DNA of 64,000 nt from an uncultured Verrucomicrobiae bacterium (GTDB taxonomy: Bacteria > Chlamydiota > Chlamydiia > Chlamydiales > Rhabdochlamydiaceae), in the NCBI GenBank assembly GCA_963806855.1, contig CAWDYW010000003.1, positions 640,001 to 704,000 of the forward strand, in the 5' to 3' direction. Numbering within the stretch: position 1 is the stretch's first letter; each line of letters starts with the position of its first letter. Positions 1-10,588 of the stretch are shown piece by piece. The position numbers and the translations under genes are program-made. The notes beneath the pieces were generated by a model that saw only the letters and a program-made list of their open reading frames with translations, did no database searches and was not told the origin of the DNA.

Positions 1-52
1 GAAAATAACCCCCCTATTTTCAGCAAAAAAAATGAGGCCAAGGTTTCCTTAG

Positions 53-1058
53 TCAATTTGATGTGAAAGCATCTGTCGCGCGGATTAGGGCGTCTAGGAT
101 GCCAGGTTCGGTGGCGGCGTGGCCTGCGTCGGGGATGATCTCCAGCTTTGCTTCTGGCCAGGCGCGGTGCAATTCCCAGGCGCTTTCCATTGGACAGGGA
201 ATATCGTAGCGCCCTTGGACCATGATGCAGGGAATATGGCGGATCTTATCGATATTCTCGATGATCCAATTATCGGTTTTGAAGAAGGTGTTGTGGATGA
301 AATAGTGGCACTCGATCCGGGCAATCGAATCGGCCGCGTCGTCAGCGGTGTAACTGGCGAAGTTGGCCGGATCGAAGAGGAGTTTGGAGGTGCCCCCTTC
401 CCAGCCTGACCATGCTTGCGCGGCCTCTTTGCGCACTTTAGGGTCGGAGGAGGTGAGTCGCTCGTAGTAGGCCTGCACAAAATCATTCTCGCTCTTCGGG
501 AGGAATGGGAGCTGTATACTGCTCCCAAAGATCAGGGAAGATCGCATGAGCGCCAAACTGGTAGTACCAATAGATCTCTTTCGGGCGGCAAAGGAAAATG
601 CCTCGGAGGATAAGCCCTTTCACTGATTCTGGATGCTCGATTGCATAGGCAAGCGCTAGCGTGCTTCCCCATGAGCCGCCAAAGACGACCCAATTTTCGA
701 TGTTTAGATGGGCGCGCAGTTGCTCGATATCGTCGACAAGATCCCAAGTAGTGTTGTTCTCGAGGCAAGAAAAGGGGAGGCTTTTGCCACAACCTCTTTG
801 GTCGAAGAGGATGATCCGGTAGAGGGCGGGATCGAAGAAAGATCGGTGATAGGGATAGATGCCGATGCCGGGCCCGCCATGGAGAAAGAGGATCGGTTTT
901 CCTTCGGGATTGCCACACTCTTCAAAATAGAGACTATGGCCCCCATCGACAGGGAGATATCCGGTCCGATAGGGCTCGATAAGGGGATAGAGGGTGCGCA
1001 AATTTTCTGCAGTCAGTATGGAACAAACAGTGAGGAGAATGATGAGGACTCTTTTCAT
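53..1058 (-). CDS. pip: Proline iminopeptidase with an N-terminal signal-like peptide; split by a 1-nt frameshift near 489
   Basis: HGGPG, FDQRGCG, GGSWG nucleophile, QGRYD and AGH motifs across ORFs 483..1085 and 53..556; removing one base at CGAGAATGAT joins them. Start at MKRVLIILL. Confidence 0.9.
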
Positions 1059-1105
1059 GATGCATAAGGATGCACATTTTATCAATTTTCTACTAGTGTA
1101 AGAGC

Positions 1106-2488
1106 ATGAGGAAGTTTCTCTGTGATCAGATGTGTGCGGAACTGGGGCGGTGGCTGCGAGCGGCCGGCTACGATACGGTGATTGTCGATGTCTCCATGGA
1201 TGATCGGGCGATTTTTCAAAGGGCTGTGGAGGAAAAGCGGCTTTTGCTTACGAGGGATCGCTATTTCAAAGAACTGGACCCGAAAGGCGAGACAGTCGTT
1301 TTTTTGGAAGGGGAAGAGATCGATGATTGGGCTGAGCAGTTGCGGGAACGGGGAGTCGATTGGCTCTATCGCCCTTTCACTAGATGCCTGGTGTGCAATT
1401 CGGTATTTGAAAAGAGGGGGCTAGAAAGATGGTATTGCCCGATTTGCGAGCAAGAGTTTTGGCTCGGCTCCCACACGGAGAGTATGCATCGGCAATTGAG
1501 CAGGTGGAACCGAGATTTGACGATCGGGTTCGGGGGAGATGTGATGATCGGAAGGCTGGTCAATGAGATTCTCGATCAAAAGCCTTCATCGTATATTTGG
1601 GGCGATCTGCTTCCGATTCTCAAGAGCAATGACTTGAACGTAGTCAATTTGGAAACGACGCTGACGACAAGTATGGCGAGGGTTCCGAAGGTATTTAATT
1701 TTAAGGCCGATCCTGAAAAGGTTGCCGCTCTGAAGGAAGGGAGGATCGATGTGGTCAATCTCGCCAATAATCACTGTCTCGACTTTGCTGAAGAGGGGCT
1801 GCTCGAAACGATTCGGGTATTAGATCTGGCTCATATCTTCCATGTTGGGGCAGGTAGAGATCTAAAGGAGGCTAAGGCCCCTTGCGTGATCGAGAAGAAG
1901 GGGATGAAAATCGGTCTTTTAGGCTGCACCGATAATGAGCCAACGTGGAAGGCGACAACATCTCGACCGGGGACCAATTTTTTAGAAGTAGGCGATTTAG
2001 ATGCGATTCGAGAGTCGATTGTCCGCTTGCGCCCTCAGGTGGATTTGCTGATTCTCTCGATGCATTGGGGGCCCAATATGCGGCAAAGACCAGCTGCCGA
2101 TTTTCGCTCTTTTGCCCATGAACTGATCGATCTCGGAGTCGATATTTTGCATGGCCATAGCGCCCATCTTTTTCAGGGGGTTGAAATCTATAAAAAAGGG
2201 CTAATTCTCTATGATACAGGCGATTTAGTCGATGATTATGCAATCGATCCGATTTTGCGCAATGACCGCTCTTTTTATTTTGTGGTGCAAGTCAATAAGA
2301 AGGGGATGGTATCGCTGAGGATGATTCCGACGATCATTTCGGAGTGCCAAGTCAACATTTCGAAAGAAGATGGGGCGCTGGAGCCGATGGAGAAGCTTTG
2401 CAATGAGTTAGGGACTTTTCCAAGTAAAAAATTGGTTGAATCTGATATAGAGATATTAACTGTTGATCTCCCTGGAGGCCCCTTCTGA
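1106..2488 (+). CDS. Fusion of a Mut7-C (PIN-like) RNase domain with Zn ribbon and a CapA/PGA_cap metallophosphoesterase
   Basis: N-terminal FLCDQM-LGRWLR-GYDT, LLTRDR, RCxxC...CxxC...WxGSH; C-terminal GDVMIGR, NLE, LANNH, HWG, GHSAH, YDTGDLVDDY. Confidence 0.85.
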   Translation: MRKFLCDQMCAELGRWLRAAGYDTVIVDVSMDDRAIFQRAVEEKRLLLTRDRYFKELDPKGETVVFLEGEEIDDWAEQLRERGVDWLYRPFTRCLVCNSVFEKRGLERWYCPICEQEFWLGSHTESMHRQLSRWNRDLTIGFGGDVMIGRLVNEILDQKPSSYIWGDLLPILKSNDLNVVNLETTLTTSMARVPKVFNFKADPEKVAALKEGRIDVVNLANNHCLDFAEEGLLETIRVLDLAHIFHVGAGRDLKEAKAPCVIEKKGMKIGLLGCTDNEPTWKATTSRPGTNFLEVGDLDAIRESIVRLRPQVDLLILSMHWGPNMRQRPAADFRSFAHELIDLGVDILHGHSAHLFQGVEIYKKGLILYDTGDLVDDYAIDPILRNDRSFYFVVQVNKKGMVSLRMIPTIISECQVNISKEDGALEPMEKLCNELGTFPSKKLVESDIEILTVDLPGGPF

Positions 2489-2502
2489 ATACTTTTGAAA
2501 AA

Positions 2503-2919
2503 ATGCTCTTTTTGAAATCTCTTGCTCTCTTTAAATTCGTAAAAGATGATGTCTTGCTTGGGCTTAGCCCCCTTCTGGGAGAGCAGGTGGTCAAAGGAGG
2601 GGAAGCGATCATTAAAAAAGGAGAACTGGGGACGACGATGTATTTGGTTGTCACAGGACGGGTGAAAATCCATGATGGAGAACTGGTTCTCAAAGAGATG
2701 GGCGATCATGAGGTCTTTGGTGAATTATCGGCACTATCTCCTGAAATCCGAACTGCTTCGGTAACGGCGCTCGAAGAGAGTTTGCTGCTCAAAATCACCC
2801 ACCGCGTTTTGGAGGATTTGATGGAGATCGAACCTGGTTTATCTAAGGGAATCATTCACGTGCTCTGCCAACGGGCAAGGTCAATTGCTACCGATTTTAA
2901 TCAATTTATGGTGTCGTAA
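2503..2919 (+). CDS. Stand-alone cyclic-nucleotide-binding domain protein
   Basis: GELG-MYLVVTGRVKI...FGELS...RTASVTA phosphate-binding cassette; no HTH. Confidence 0.85.
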   Translation: MLFLKSLALFKFVKDDVLLGLSPLLGEQVVKGGEAIIKKGELGTTMYLVVTGRVKIHDGELVLKEMGDHEVFGELSALSPEIRTASVTALEESLLLKITHRVLEDLMEIEPGLSKGIIHVLCQRARSIATDFNQFMVS

Positions 2920-5547
2920 TGACATTAAGATTAAGGATGCGTAACGTAATCTCTTTAACTGCTTTGTTTGCAGCATTGATTGGGGTGGCTCAAACGTTTT
3001 TAATTGTCTTCCCCCTGGCGATTTTTTTGTCTACTTACCGCGGTTCATCCTTGACCTATGTCTATATGAGCATGGGTGTCATCATCTTCTTGATCGGCAA
3101 TTTCTTCAGATATGTTCAAAGAAACCTCTCTTTTATTCATCTATTATCTTCTACATTGATCGTTTTCGCCATTTCCCTCATCTTCTTTTGGGGCTTGCTG
3201 GTCGAAACCCATTTTAAATGGATCCCGATGGCTCTCCTCATTTGGGCAACTGTAACCTATACATTTGTTAGTCTAGTTCTTTCGAACTTGCTCGTCTGCA
3301 TCTTTACTCTACAGGAAGGAAAAAAGTTATTTGGCATCATCGGAGGATGGCGCGCTTTAGGGGGGACCATCGGTGGTTTTCTAACGCCCCTTCTAGTCAG
3401 GACAATTGGCTCTAACACTGCCCTCCTTTTAGCCCCTGCTGTTCTCTTCATTGCCCTTGGAGCTCTGTTCTTGCTCTACCGGACGAATCAAAATCGCTTT
3501 GAAGAGAAGAAATTGACTCAAGATGAGAAAAAGATCTCTTTTAAAACGCTAAAGAACAAAAGTTATGTGCTCTGTATTTTCGCTCTGGCGACTGTCTCGC
3601 TTTTTAATTATTACTCCATCGATCTGCTTTTCAATACTGAAGTCAAAAGGCATTTTTCAACCGAAGCAGAAATAGCAGGGTTCTTAGGCATCTTTACTGC
3701 TATCTCTAATATCTTCGCTGTGCTCGGGGGATTCTTTTTATTTAGCATCCTCCTAGATAAACTCGGTCTCATCTTCACCCTATTTTTGACACCGGTTATC
3801 ATCGGGGGCCTGATGGCCCTCACCCTGCTCACCGACCTTATCCCTCCTGCAGCATCTCTTGTCTTTGGCGTATACTGTTTTACCGTTTTGATGGAGCGGA
3901 TGCTACGTCAATCGATCAATAGCGAATCGCTCAACTTGCTCTACTCCCCGCTGCGACCAGCTGAGAGTCAGTGGGCTCAACTGCAATATCGAATCAATAT
4001 CCAGTCGCTCAGCACCTCGTTCATCGGCGTGATTTTATTTGGGATCCATCTCGCGGTCGGAACCAGTATCCCTTCGATTGCACTCTTTGTAATCGCGATC
4101 TCCATCTCTGGGGTGATGGTGATGCTGATGGTCAAGCGGGATTTTGTGAAAATCTTGGTTGGTGCACTAGAGAAATGGGCGCTCTACAAGCCTGAGTTGA
4201 CGCAGATGGATAAAGACACCTTAACAGTTCTAAAAGGTCGCCTAAAAAGCCCCTATCCCGAAGAGGTGATTTTCGTACTGGAATCCATTGAGAAAAATGA
4301 GCCAAATGCGTCCCCTGCCATACTCGTAGAGGCTCTCGACAACCCATCGGCCGAAGTTCGCCTCTATGCTCTGAAGAAAATCGAGCGGCAAAAAGTGACA
4401 GAAGCCCAAAAAAAAGTGGAGCAGATCTGCGGCCAAGAGAAAGATCCGAATGTACGGGGGCAAGCAATCAGGGCTCTTGGGGCCATTTCGACGATCGAAC
4501 GAAATTTCCTAAGCGATACCGATCCACAGATAGCCGCCAATAGCATCATCGCCATGATTCTCTATGGATCTGACAGCATCAAGCATGAGGCGATCCTGCA
4601 ATTGTCAAAACAGCCCAAACTGATCGTTGCGCAAGTCTTAAAAGAGGTCGATATTCCCGATAAGGCCGATCGGCTGCTCCCCCTTTTAACCGATCCCGAT
4701 ATCGAGGTGAGATTGGCAGCATGCAGAGCAGCTAGAAACCTGCGCGATGAAAGGCTATATCCTTCTCTGATTGAAAATCTGACACATGCCCACCTCCATT
4801 ACGCCGCATCCAAAACCCTGCTGAAGGCGCATCCCGTCGGCTACATCCGAACGAATTTCGATCGCTTTTCTCGGCAGGCGCAAGAGGAGCTTCTTTACTT
4901 GCTCGGCAAAATCCCCGGTGAAGAGACGATCTTATTTTTGCAAACTAATTTAGCTTCTCCAGATCGAGCGCTCTTTAAAGCCTCTCTCCACTCTCTAGGA
5001 AAGCTCTCCTACAAAGCGGCAAATAGGACGCAGATTTCTGCGCTGCTTGCCGCTGAGAACCAGAATATCTGCTTTTTAAAGCCGGTCATCGAGAGTTTGA
5101 GCGAGGCTCCCGTCCTGCACGATCTGCTTATTCGAGAAGTCGAGCTGATTCAAGAGAGCATCTTTTTGCTCTTAACCTTTATCTACCCCACACAGCCGAT
5201 CCGATCTGCGAAAGATTGGGCTGGCATCACCAGATCGAAATAAAAATAGTTACGCTGTTGAGATTTTGCTCGAGACTTTGAGCAAAGGAGATGCGGATCA
5301 ACTGGTGCCACAACTTGTGCTTCGTTCCAAGAAGGGCGAGAGAGGGCCCGATTCGATCGAAGATGCGCTCAAGAAAGTAGTCGACTTTGCTCCAAAAGCC
5401 TTTATTTCGGCGCTCAATTCGGCTGCCATCTATACAATCGGCGCACTGCGGCTAAAGTCGCTTGAAGAGATGGTTCAAAAAGATGAGGCTCCTTTCGATC
5501 CTTATCTGACTGAGATCCGTCCTTGGACTCTTAAGCAGTTATATTAA
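2919..5547 (+). CDS. Npt/TLC-like MFS transporter fused to HEAT repeats; frameshift near 5212
   Basis: About 12 hydrophobic segments with a FTLQEGKKLFG loop, then HEAT-like repeats (EVRLYAL, NVRGQAIRALG, EVRLAAC). Removing one A at GCGAAAGATT joins the frame of ORF 5266..5547. Confidence 0.75.
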
Positions 5548-5928
5548 GTAGGGGGCAAATCCCTTGAAGGTTAGGAAAAGTCCGAGGATCAATAGGACAC
5601 CGCAGATGATCCAGTATCCCTGAGTGAACAAGGTGATGATCTTCTTCTGCACGAAAGAGGGGGCAGCGATCCGCACGATACCGCGCAGCACAAGCAGATA
5701 GCCAATCAGTGTGATGAGCCCTTGCCAGTTTAACTTATAAATGGGGTGGCCGAGGATGATAGCTAGACCCAGTAGTAGGCTAATTGATCCAGACAAGAGG
5801 AGGATCCCTTGTGAAGAGGCGTAATCCTCGAGTGCTGATTCAAATTCTTCTTTTCGCAATAGCATGTCAGCCGTTGCGATAAGGATGTAAATCCCAATTA
5901 ACTTGGCCAGAAATAGCGATAGTACCAT
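5539..5928 (-). CDS. Small 4-TM membrane protein
   Basis: MVLSLFLAKLIG start after GAGGTG RBS; four hydrophobic helices. Confidence 0.7.
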   Translation of the reverse strand: MVLSLFLAKLIGIYILIATADMLLRKEEFESALEDYASSQGILLLSGSISLLLGLAIILGHPIYKLNWQGLITLIGYLLVLRGIVRIAAPSFVQKKIITLFTQGYWIICGVLLILGLFLTFKGFAPYLI

Positions 5929-6012
5929 AAAGTTCACCTCTTTCCCCCCTTCTAGAGCCTTGCAATAATTTTTTCCAGAAAAATCCAACCTTGTGACAAG
6001 CTGAATGCAAGT

Positions 6013-7119
6013 ATGATGAAGACAAAAACGATTAGCCATCCCTCCTGGATCGAGATCGATCTCGAGCAGTTTAAGAAAAACATCGGGATCATTCGCTCCC
6101 TCATCGGCAGCAGCCTCTTTTGCCTGCCGATTAAAGCCAATGCCTACGGTCATGGCCTCTGTCCGATTGCCAAGGCGGCCCAAGAGGCAGGGATCGATTA
6201 TTTGGCGGTCGCCCATTTGCAGGAGGGGATCGCCCTCAGACAGGCCAATATCACGGTGCCCATCCTCGTCTTAGGGGCTATCCACGAAGATCAGATCGAA
6301 GAGCTCCTCCGCTATAATCTCGAGTTTTCGATTAGCTCGCTGTATAAGGCCAAACTCGTCGCCGAGGTGTGCAAGCAGATGAACCAAACCTGCGCCGTCC
6401 ATCTCGAAGTTGACACCGGGATGCAGAGGACAGGCGTCCGCCCCACCACAGCCGCCACCCTCATGCTCTTTTTGCGTGAATCAGGCTGTTTTGACATCAG
6501 GGGAGTCTATTCCCATTTCGCCAGAAATGACCAGTTTGCCCTCCACCAAATTGAAACTTTCCGCGCCCTTCTCCAAACACCTCCCTTCGTCGGGCAGCGC
6601 TTCATCGCCCATTTGGCCAATTCAGACGGGATCTGCTTCCATCCCTCTTCCACCTTCGACATGGTGCGCCCCTCGCTCCTCACTTTTGGATATCTTCCTA
6701 AAGGAGCCAAAATCGAAGGAATCGCCCCCTGCTTTTCGGTGAAGACCAAAATTTCCTACTTTAAAGTGGTCGAAGCAGAGCAGGGGATTAGCTATGGCCA
6801 TACTCACAAGACAGCCAAGAGAACGCGCATCGTGACCCTCCCAATTGGCTATGGCGATGGCTACAGAAGATCACTTTCCAATCGTGCTGAGGTGCTCATC
6901 CGGGGCAAACGGTACCCGATTGTCGGTGCGATCTGCATGGACAGCAGCATGGTCGACCTCGGCGACGATGAGGCGTTTGTCGGGGAAGAAGTGGTTCTCA
7001 TCGGGCGGCAAGGCAGCGGAGAGATCACTCTCGAAGAGATCGCCGGCCTCTGCGACACCATTCCCTACGAAATCCTCTGCTCTTTTAATGACAGATTGCC
7101 GCGTCTTTACAACTCGTGA
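6013..7119 (+). CDS. alr: Alanine racemase
   Basis: IKANAYGHG PLP lysine motif, DTGMQRTG, ISYG, GYGDG, ICMD, TIPYE. Confidence 0.95.
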   Translation: MMKTKTISHPSWIEIDLEQFKKNIGIIRSLIGSSLFCLPIKANAYGHGLCPIAKAAQEAGIDYLAVAHLQEGIALRQANITVPILVLGAIHEDQIEELLRYNLEFSISSLYKAKLVAEVCKQMNQTCAVHLEVDTGMQRTGVRPTTAATLMLFLRESGCFDIRGVYSHFARNDQFALHQIETFRALLQTPPFVGQRFIAHLANSDGICFHPSSTFDMVRPSLLTFGYLPKGAKIEGIAPCFSVKTKISYFKVVEAEQGISYGHTHKTAKRTRIVTLPIGYGDGYRRSLSNRAEVLIRGKRYPIVGAICMDSSMVDLGDDEAFVGEEVVLIGRQGSGEITLEEIAGLCDTIPYEILCSFNDRLPRLYNS

Positions 7120-7484
7120 TAGACCTCTTTCCACAGGCCAACCTTCCCGTTTTGGAAGGTGAGGATCGCCATCACATCAAGACGGGTTCTTCCCCCTTCC
7201 CAATCGATCTCATCAACTTGGAAATGGATGACCGCCTTTTCTCCAGCGATAATCGGAGGCTCTATCAATTTTGAATAGAGGACCGATCGGTATTTCTGTT
7301 GGCATTGGCTAAAGTAATGGAGAGACTCGTGGATATCGTTGCAGAGGATTTCGTTGTTGCTGAGAATAGTGAAGTCATCGTCGAGATATTTCTGTAGAGT
7401 GCCGACCGTCACTTGGTTTTCAGGATTTCCTATCTGGGAAAGGTACTGGTAGAAATGCTCGATGGTTTCAGCTTTACTCAGCAT
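7107..7484 (-). CDS. SnoaL/NTF2-like protein
   Basis: 125 aa with the NTF2-like end VMAILTFQNGKVGLWKEV. Confidence 0.65.
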   Translation of the reverse strand: MLSKAETIEHFYQYLSQIGNPENQVTVGTLQKYLDDDFTILSNNEILCNDIHESLHYFSQCQQKYRSVLYSKLIEPPIIAGEKAVIHFQVDEIDWEGGRTRLDVMAILTFQNGKVGLWKEVYHEL

Positions 7485-7636
7485 CTTGATACCTCAGCTT
7501 GATTTCGGGAGGCTGCATGTTCCCATTTTCTCTACACATAAAACACCTTCGGTTGAATTTCCACAAAGATATATCCGATGAAGAATTGGCCAAGCTCGAG
7601 AAAGAAAAACTCGATTCAGAATCTGAAACTCAATAG
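7474..7636. repeat. Collapsed remnant copy of segment 10588..13700 (acs end, acs start/RBS, VOC-gene/porin end)
   Basis: gcatcttgatacctcagcttgatttc is identical to the acs 3' end; cataaaacacct..aatttccacaaagata resembles 12455-12483; 7574-7636 encodes SDEELAKLEKEKLDSESETQ versus TDKELTKLERAKLDQSSEPKTQ at 13632-13700. Confidence 0.8.
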
Positions 7637-7866
7637 ACCTCTTACAAGAGGTCTATAGAAGTCGAACAAGCTAGTTTGAGCCTTCCCCTAGGGGAAAGAA
7701 CTCAAACTCCTTGTTTTTTTATCCCTCAAGGGCGGTTCGGGGGATTCCGACAATGAAATTGACCGAAAACTTACGAACGCACGCCTTTTAGCTGACTCTA
7801 ATTTAAGAGATCATGTCCCAGTGGGAATTGCTGTAAACTTTTACCAGCAACTGATCTACTTTAGAA

Positions 7867-8478
7867 TTAGATTGCCCCTTCGTTAACGGACATTCTCACA
7901 GTTCCTACGCTATCTAAATAAGCACCTAATCGAATGGACACGTAATTTTGGTTTACATGGACTGAATTGCTGAATTTGGTTTCAACACCCACGCCACATG
8001 GCCATTGCTGGGCATTAATAATAGAAACACGGCTATTATGGTTCACATTGATTGCACTCATAAAGGTGGCAGGGTTTGCTCCGTCTTGAGCAGCAGTCCA
8101 GTTATTCATGTTTGGACCGCCTCCATCCGGCTTGCCAGTATCGACAATGACTAATCCATCAGGGTCTGTCAGAACAATACGTCCTGTGGGTAAAAGTGCT
8201 ACAATTTGGCGGCAAAGGGCAAGCAAAGTCGCATAATTTGCGCCATTAGTCTCTTGTGCTTGTAGAAGCTGAGCTTCCAACTGCGGAATAAAAGGAGCGA
8301 GCGTTTGATAGATTGTCTCATAGACGCGACTGCCTGCAAGCATCGTTCTAACATCTGCCTCGCAAGTAATACTGTTATTTTTATCTTGCGCTACTTGGCT
8401 TTGAACAGCCATTAGTTGTGAGCTGAATAGAAGAAGCGATGTTGCTCCAACTGCTAATAATTTATTTAATTTGATCAT
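7867..8478 (-). CDS. Secreted protein with a stand-alone Cache/PAS-like (PhoR sensor-like) domain
   Basis: Signal peptide; RIVLTDPDGLVIVDT...NHNSR...GVGVETKFS...GTVRMS pattern. Confidence 0.6.
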   Translation of the reverse strand: MIKLNKLLAVGATSLLLFSSQLMAVQSQVAQDKNNSITCEADVRTMLAGSRVYETIYQTLAPFIPQLEAQLLQAQETNGANYATLLALCRQIVALLPTGRIVLTDPDGLVIVDTGKPDGGGPNMNNWTAAQDGANPATFMSAINVNHNSRVSIINAQQWPCGVGVETKFSNSVHVNQNYVSIRLGAYLDSVGTVRMSVNEGAI

Positions 8479-8710
8479 GCTTAACTCCAGTTTTAAAAGT
8501 TTGTGGTTTAAGAAAAATTGAAATCGGCCCTCACCTTTTTGGGCTTCGGAACCAGATGATACATCATTAAATTTTTATTGTGCAATCGTTTTTACGCAAA
8601 TTTATGTCTAGTACCCCTTCCGTTTGGAAGACCCTCGAAAGGAACCAGGGAAACTTTTCACAAATCAAATTTTTTAGGAGAAACAGCTTGACTTCAGCGC
8701 GATTAAGAAG

Positions 8711-8865
8711 CCGAACAACTTGAAGAATCGGTTTTCAACTCTGTCGGCTCGGCTACAAATTTTGGACCTTCACGCGCGCCTTGTTCGTAAACAATGTCGC
8801 TCGCTCCAGACTCCAAAATTTGTGCCGCACCTTGTCGAATTCCCGATTCTTCAAGTGTTCGGTAT
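8711..8865 (+). mobile_element. Palindromic element family A (MITE/RPE-like), slightly decayed copy
   Basis: Ends ccgaacaacttgaagaatcgg / ccgattcttcaagtgttcgg; core acaatgtcgctcgctccagactccaaaatttgtgccgc is shared with the other copies. Confidence 0.85.
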
Positions 8866-8879
8866 TTTACAAGAATCAA

Positions 8880-10175
8880 TTAAAAATCAAGTCTTGCACG
8901 GAGAACAAAACCTCCATAACCAAGATCGGTAGCAAAATTGCTTTGATTTTGGTAGAAAGTTATCGATTCATCAGTAGTACTGGCTGTTAATCTATGATAC
9001 AGACCAAAACCCCACCAGTAATGGTGTTCCCAACCTAAATCAATTGTTGCCATGTATCGATCACAGCACCAATGATCTTCCCAGCGAATTCCGAGCGCTG
9101 TATCGATGATCCCTTGCATACGAGAAAAGTTATCTCTCTCAACAGGTGAAAAGGTTTGCGTAACTACACCGGTATCTACTCCAGCCAAATCTACAATAGT
9201 ATTGACGCCTGTGAATTCAATCAGATTTCTTGAACGGAATTTCCCCCAAATCAGAGAGCCTCCAAGATTTCCATAAAGGCTAAACTCACCGCATCCACAC
9301 CAGTTGCCTAAACGGAAGTTAGGTTGGAAACCAGTTAATAGTCCAACTCCCCAAGCTCTGTTGTGAATCAAATTCGCATCTGTAGAACTGAAAGTTCCAA
9401 TAGTAAGTGTTTGCATCAAAGGAATAGGAACAGCGGGAGTAGTTGGGTCAACAGTACCCCTGACATTAAAATGAGTGCTAGTCCATGCTCCTCTTAGTCC
9501 CATATAAGGTCTGACGACAAAGCATCGGCTTACATAGTATTTTTTACCCAGTTCTAAATCGATCTGGTTAAAATTGAGTTTCCACTGAGCAGAAACGTGC
9601 TCGACAGAATCTTGAGCATCTCCAACTTCATTGCCTGGATTCCAAGGCTGATTCAATCCTCCAGTACCATCCTGGTCTCCGATTTGAGCGGTAGTGACTC
9701 TCAAATATTGGGAGTCTGGTATACTTGCATGACCTTTTTTATGAGTTTTGTAATAGGTCCAGTTTAAGTAAAGATCCCATCCATCGCAATCCGTGTTCAT
9801 GCCGATTCCAACGCGAACTCCTGGATCCCATTTTGTCTTCACATAATTATGTTTTTTAGGGAATTCACTAGTAATAGCTGTCGCTGTACCATCCGTAGGT
9901 GGGAATCCCCAGATTTGGGTGGAGGTAGCAAATTCTAGGTTAGTTTCTCTTGCATACCAATACAAGAATTCCGCATCTACAAAAATTCCCCAGTCGCACT
10001 GAAGATCGTAGAATTGTGGGTTGTAGCATTCACAGTCGATGCATTTTTTTGGTTGTGGCACACAGCATGGCTCGCATGTTGTTGGGCAGCATGACCCATT
10101 TTGTCGGTACCCCGCCTCTTCTGCAGCTAGTGTAGATGCAGCAAGTAGGCCTAAGGTTAAAAATTGTGTCTTCAT
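8880..10175 (-). CDS. MOMP-like / Lpg1974-family outer-membrane beta-barrel with Cys-rich N-terminus
   Basis: Signal peptide, CCPTTCEPCC, EFLYW, DGWDLYLNWT, GWEHHYW, C-terminal LRARLDF. Confidence 0.85.
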   Translation of the reverse strand: MKTQFLTLGLLAASTLAAEEAGYRQNGSCCPTTCEPCCVPQPKKCIDCECYNPQFYDLQCDWGIFVDAEFLYWYARETNLEFATSTQIWGFPPTDGTATAITSEFPKKHNYVKTKWDPGVRVGIGMNTDCDGWDLYLNWTYYKTHKKGHASIPDSQYLRVTTAQIGDQDGTGGLNQPWNPGNEVGDAQDSVEHVSAQWKLNFNQIDLELGKKYYVSRCFVVRPYMGLRGAWTSTHFNVRGTVDPTTPAVPIPLMQTLTIGTFSSTDANLIHNRAWGVGLLTGFQPNFRLGNWCGCGEFSLYGNLGGSLIWGKFRSRNLIEFTGVNTIVDLAGVDTGVVTQTFSPVERDNFSRMQGIIDTALGIRWEDHWCCDRYMATIDLGWEHHYWWGFGLYHRLTASTTDESITFYQNQSNFATDLGYGGFVLRARLDF

Positions 10176-10302
10176 TGAAAAACCTCATGGTTAGTGATTT
10201 TCGTATAATTTTGCTTATACGGAGTTTACATTTTGCTTGCAATTGAATCTATGCACTACTAGATGATTTTTTCATAACTAGCTGCGGATAAGACCCTTAC
10301 TT

Positions 10303-10464
10303 ATACCGAAACAATTTGAAGAATCGTGAACTCGACAAGGAGGCGGCACAAAATTTGGAGTCTGGAGCGAGCGACATTGTTTACGAACAAGGCGCGCGCG
10401 AAGACCCAAACTTTGAAGCCAAGCCGACGTTGTCAAAAACCGAATCTTCAAATTGTTTCGGTAT
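10303..10464 (-). mobile_element. Palindromic element family A, 162 bp
   Basis: ataccgaaacaatttgaaga ... tcttcaaattgtttcggtat; orientation opposite to the 8711 copy. Confidence 0.9.
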
Positions 10465-10588
10465 CGCAAGAAGATTAATAAATTTGTGAATTTTTTGCTA
10501 CTCAGATAAAAAAAAATCATGAAATTGTCCTCTAGGGTTGTCCACTCTCTTTTTTTTCTCCTGAGTCTTTCTCGCCATCTCGATAGCT

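Noticed and set aside
1510..2488. Poly-gamma-glutamate capsule locus
   Set aside because: Only a CapA domain is present, without capB/capC or a membrane anchor.
7637..7720. Hairpins as a possible riboswitch or ncRNA
   Set aside because: Two stems are visible, but I recognise no family motif; they may be terminators or element remnants.
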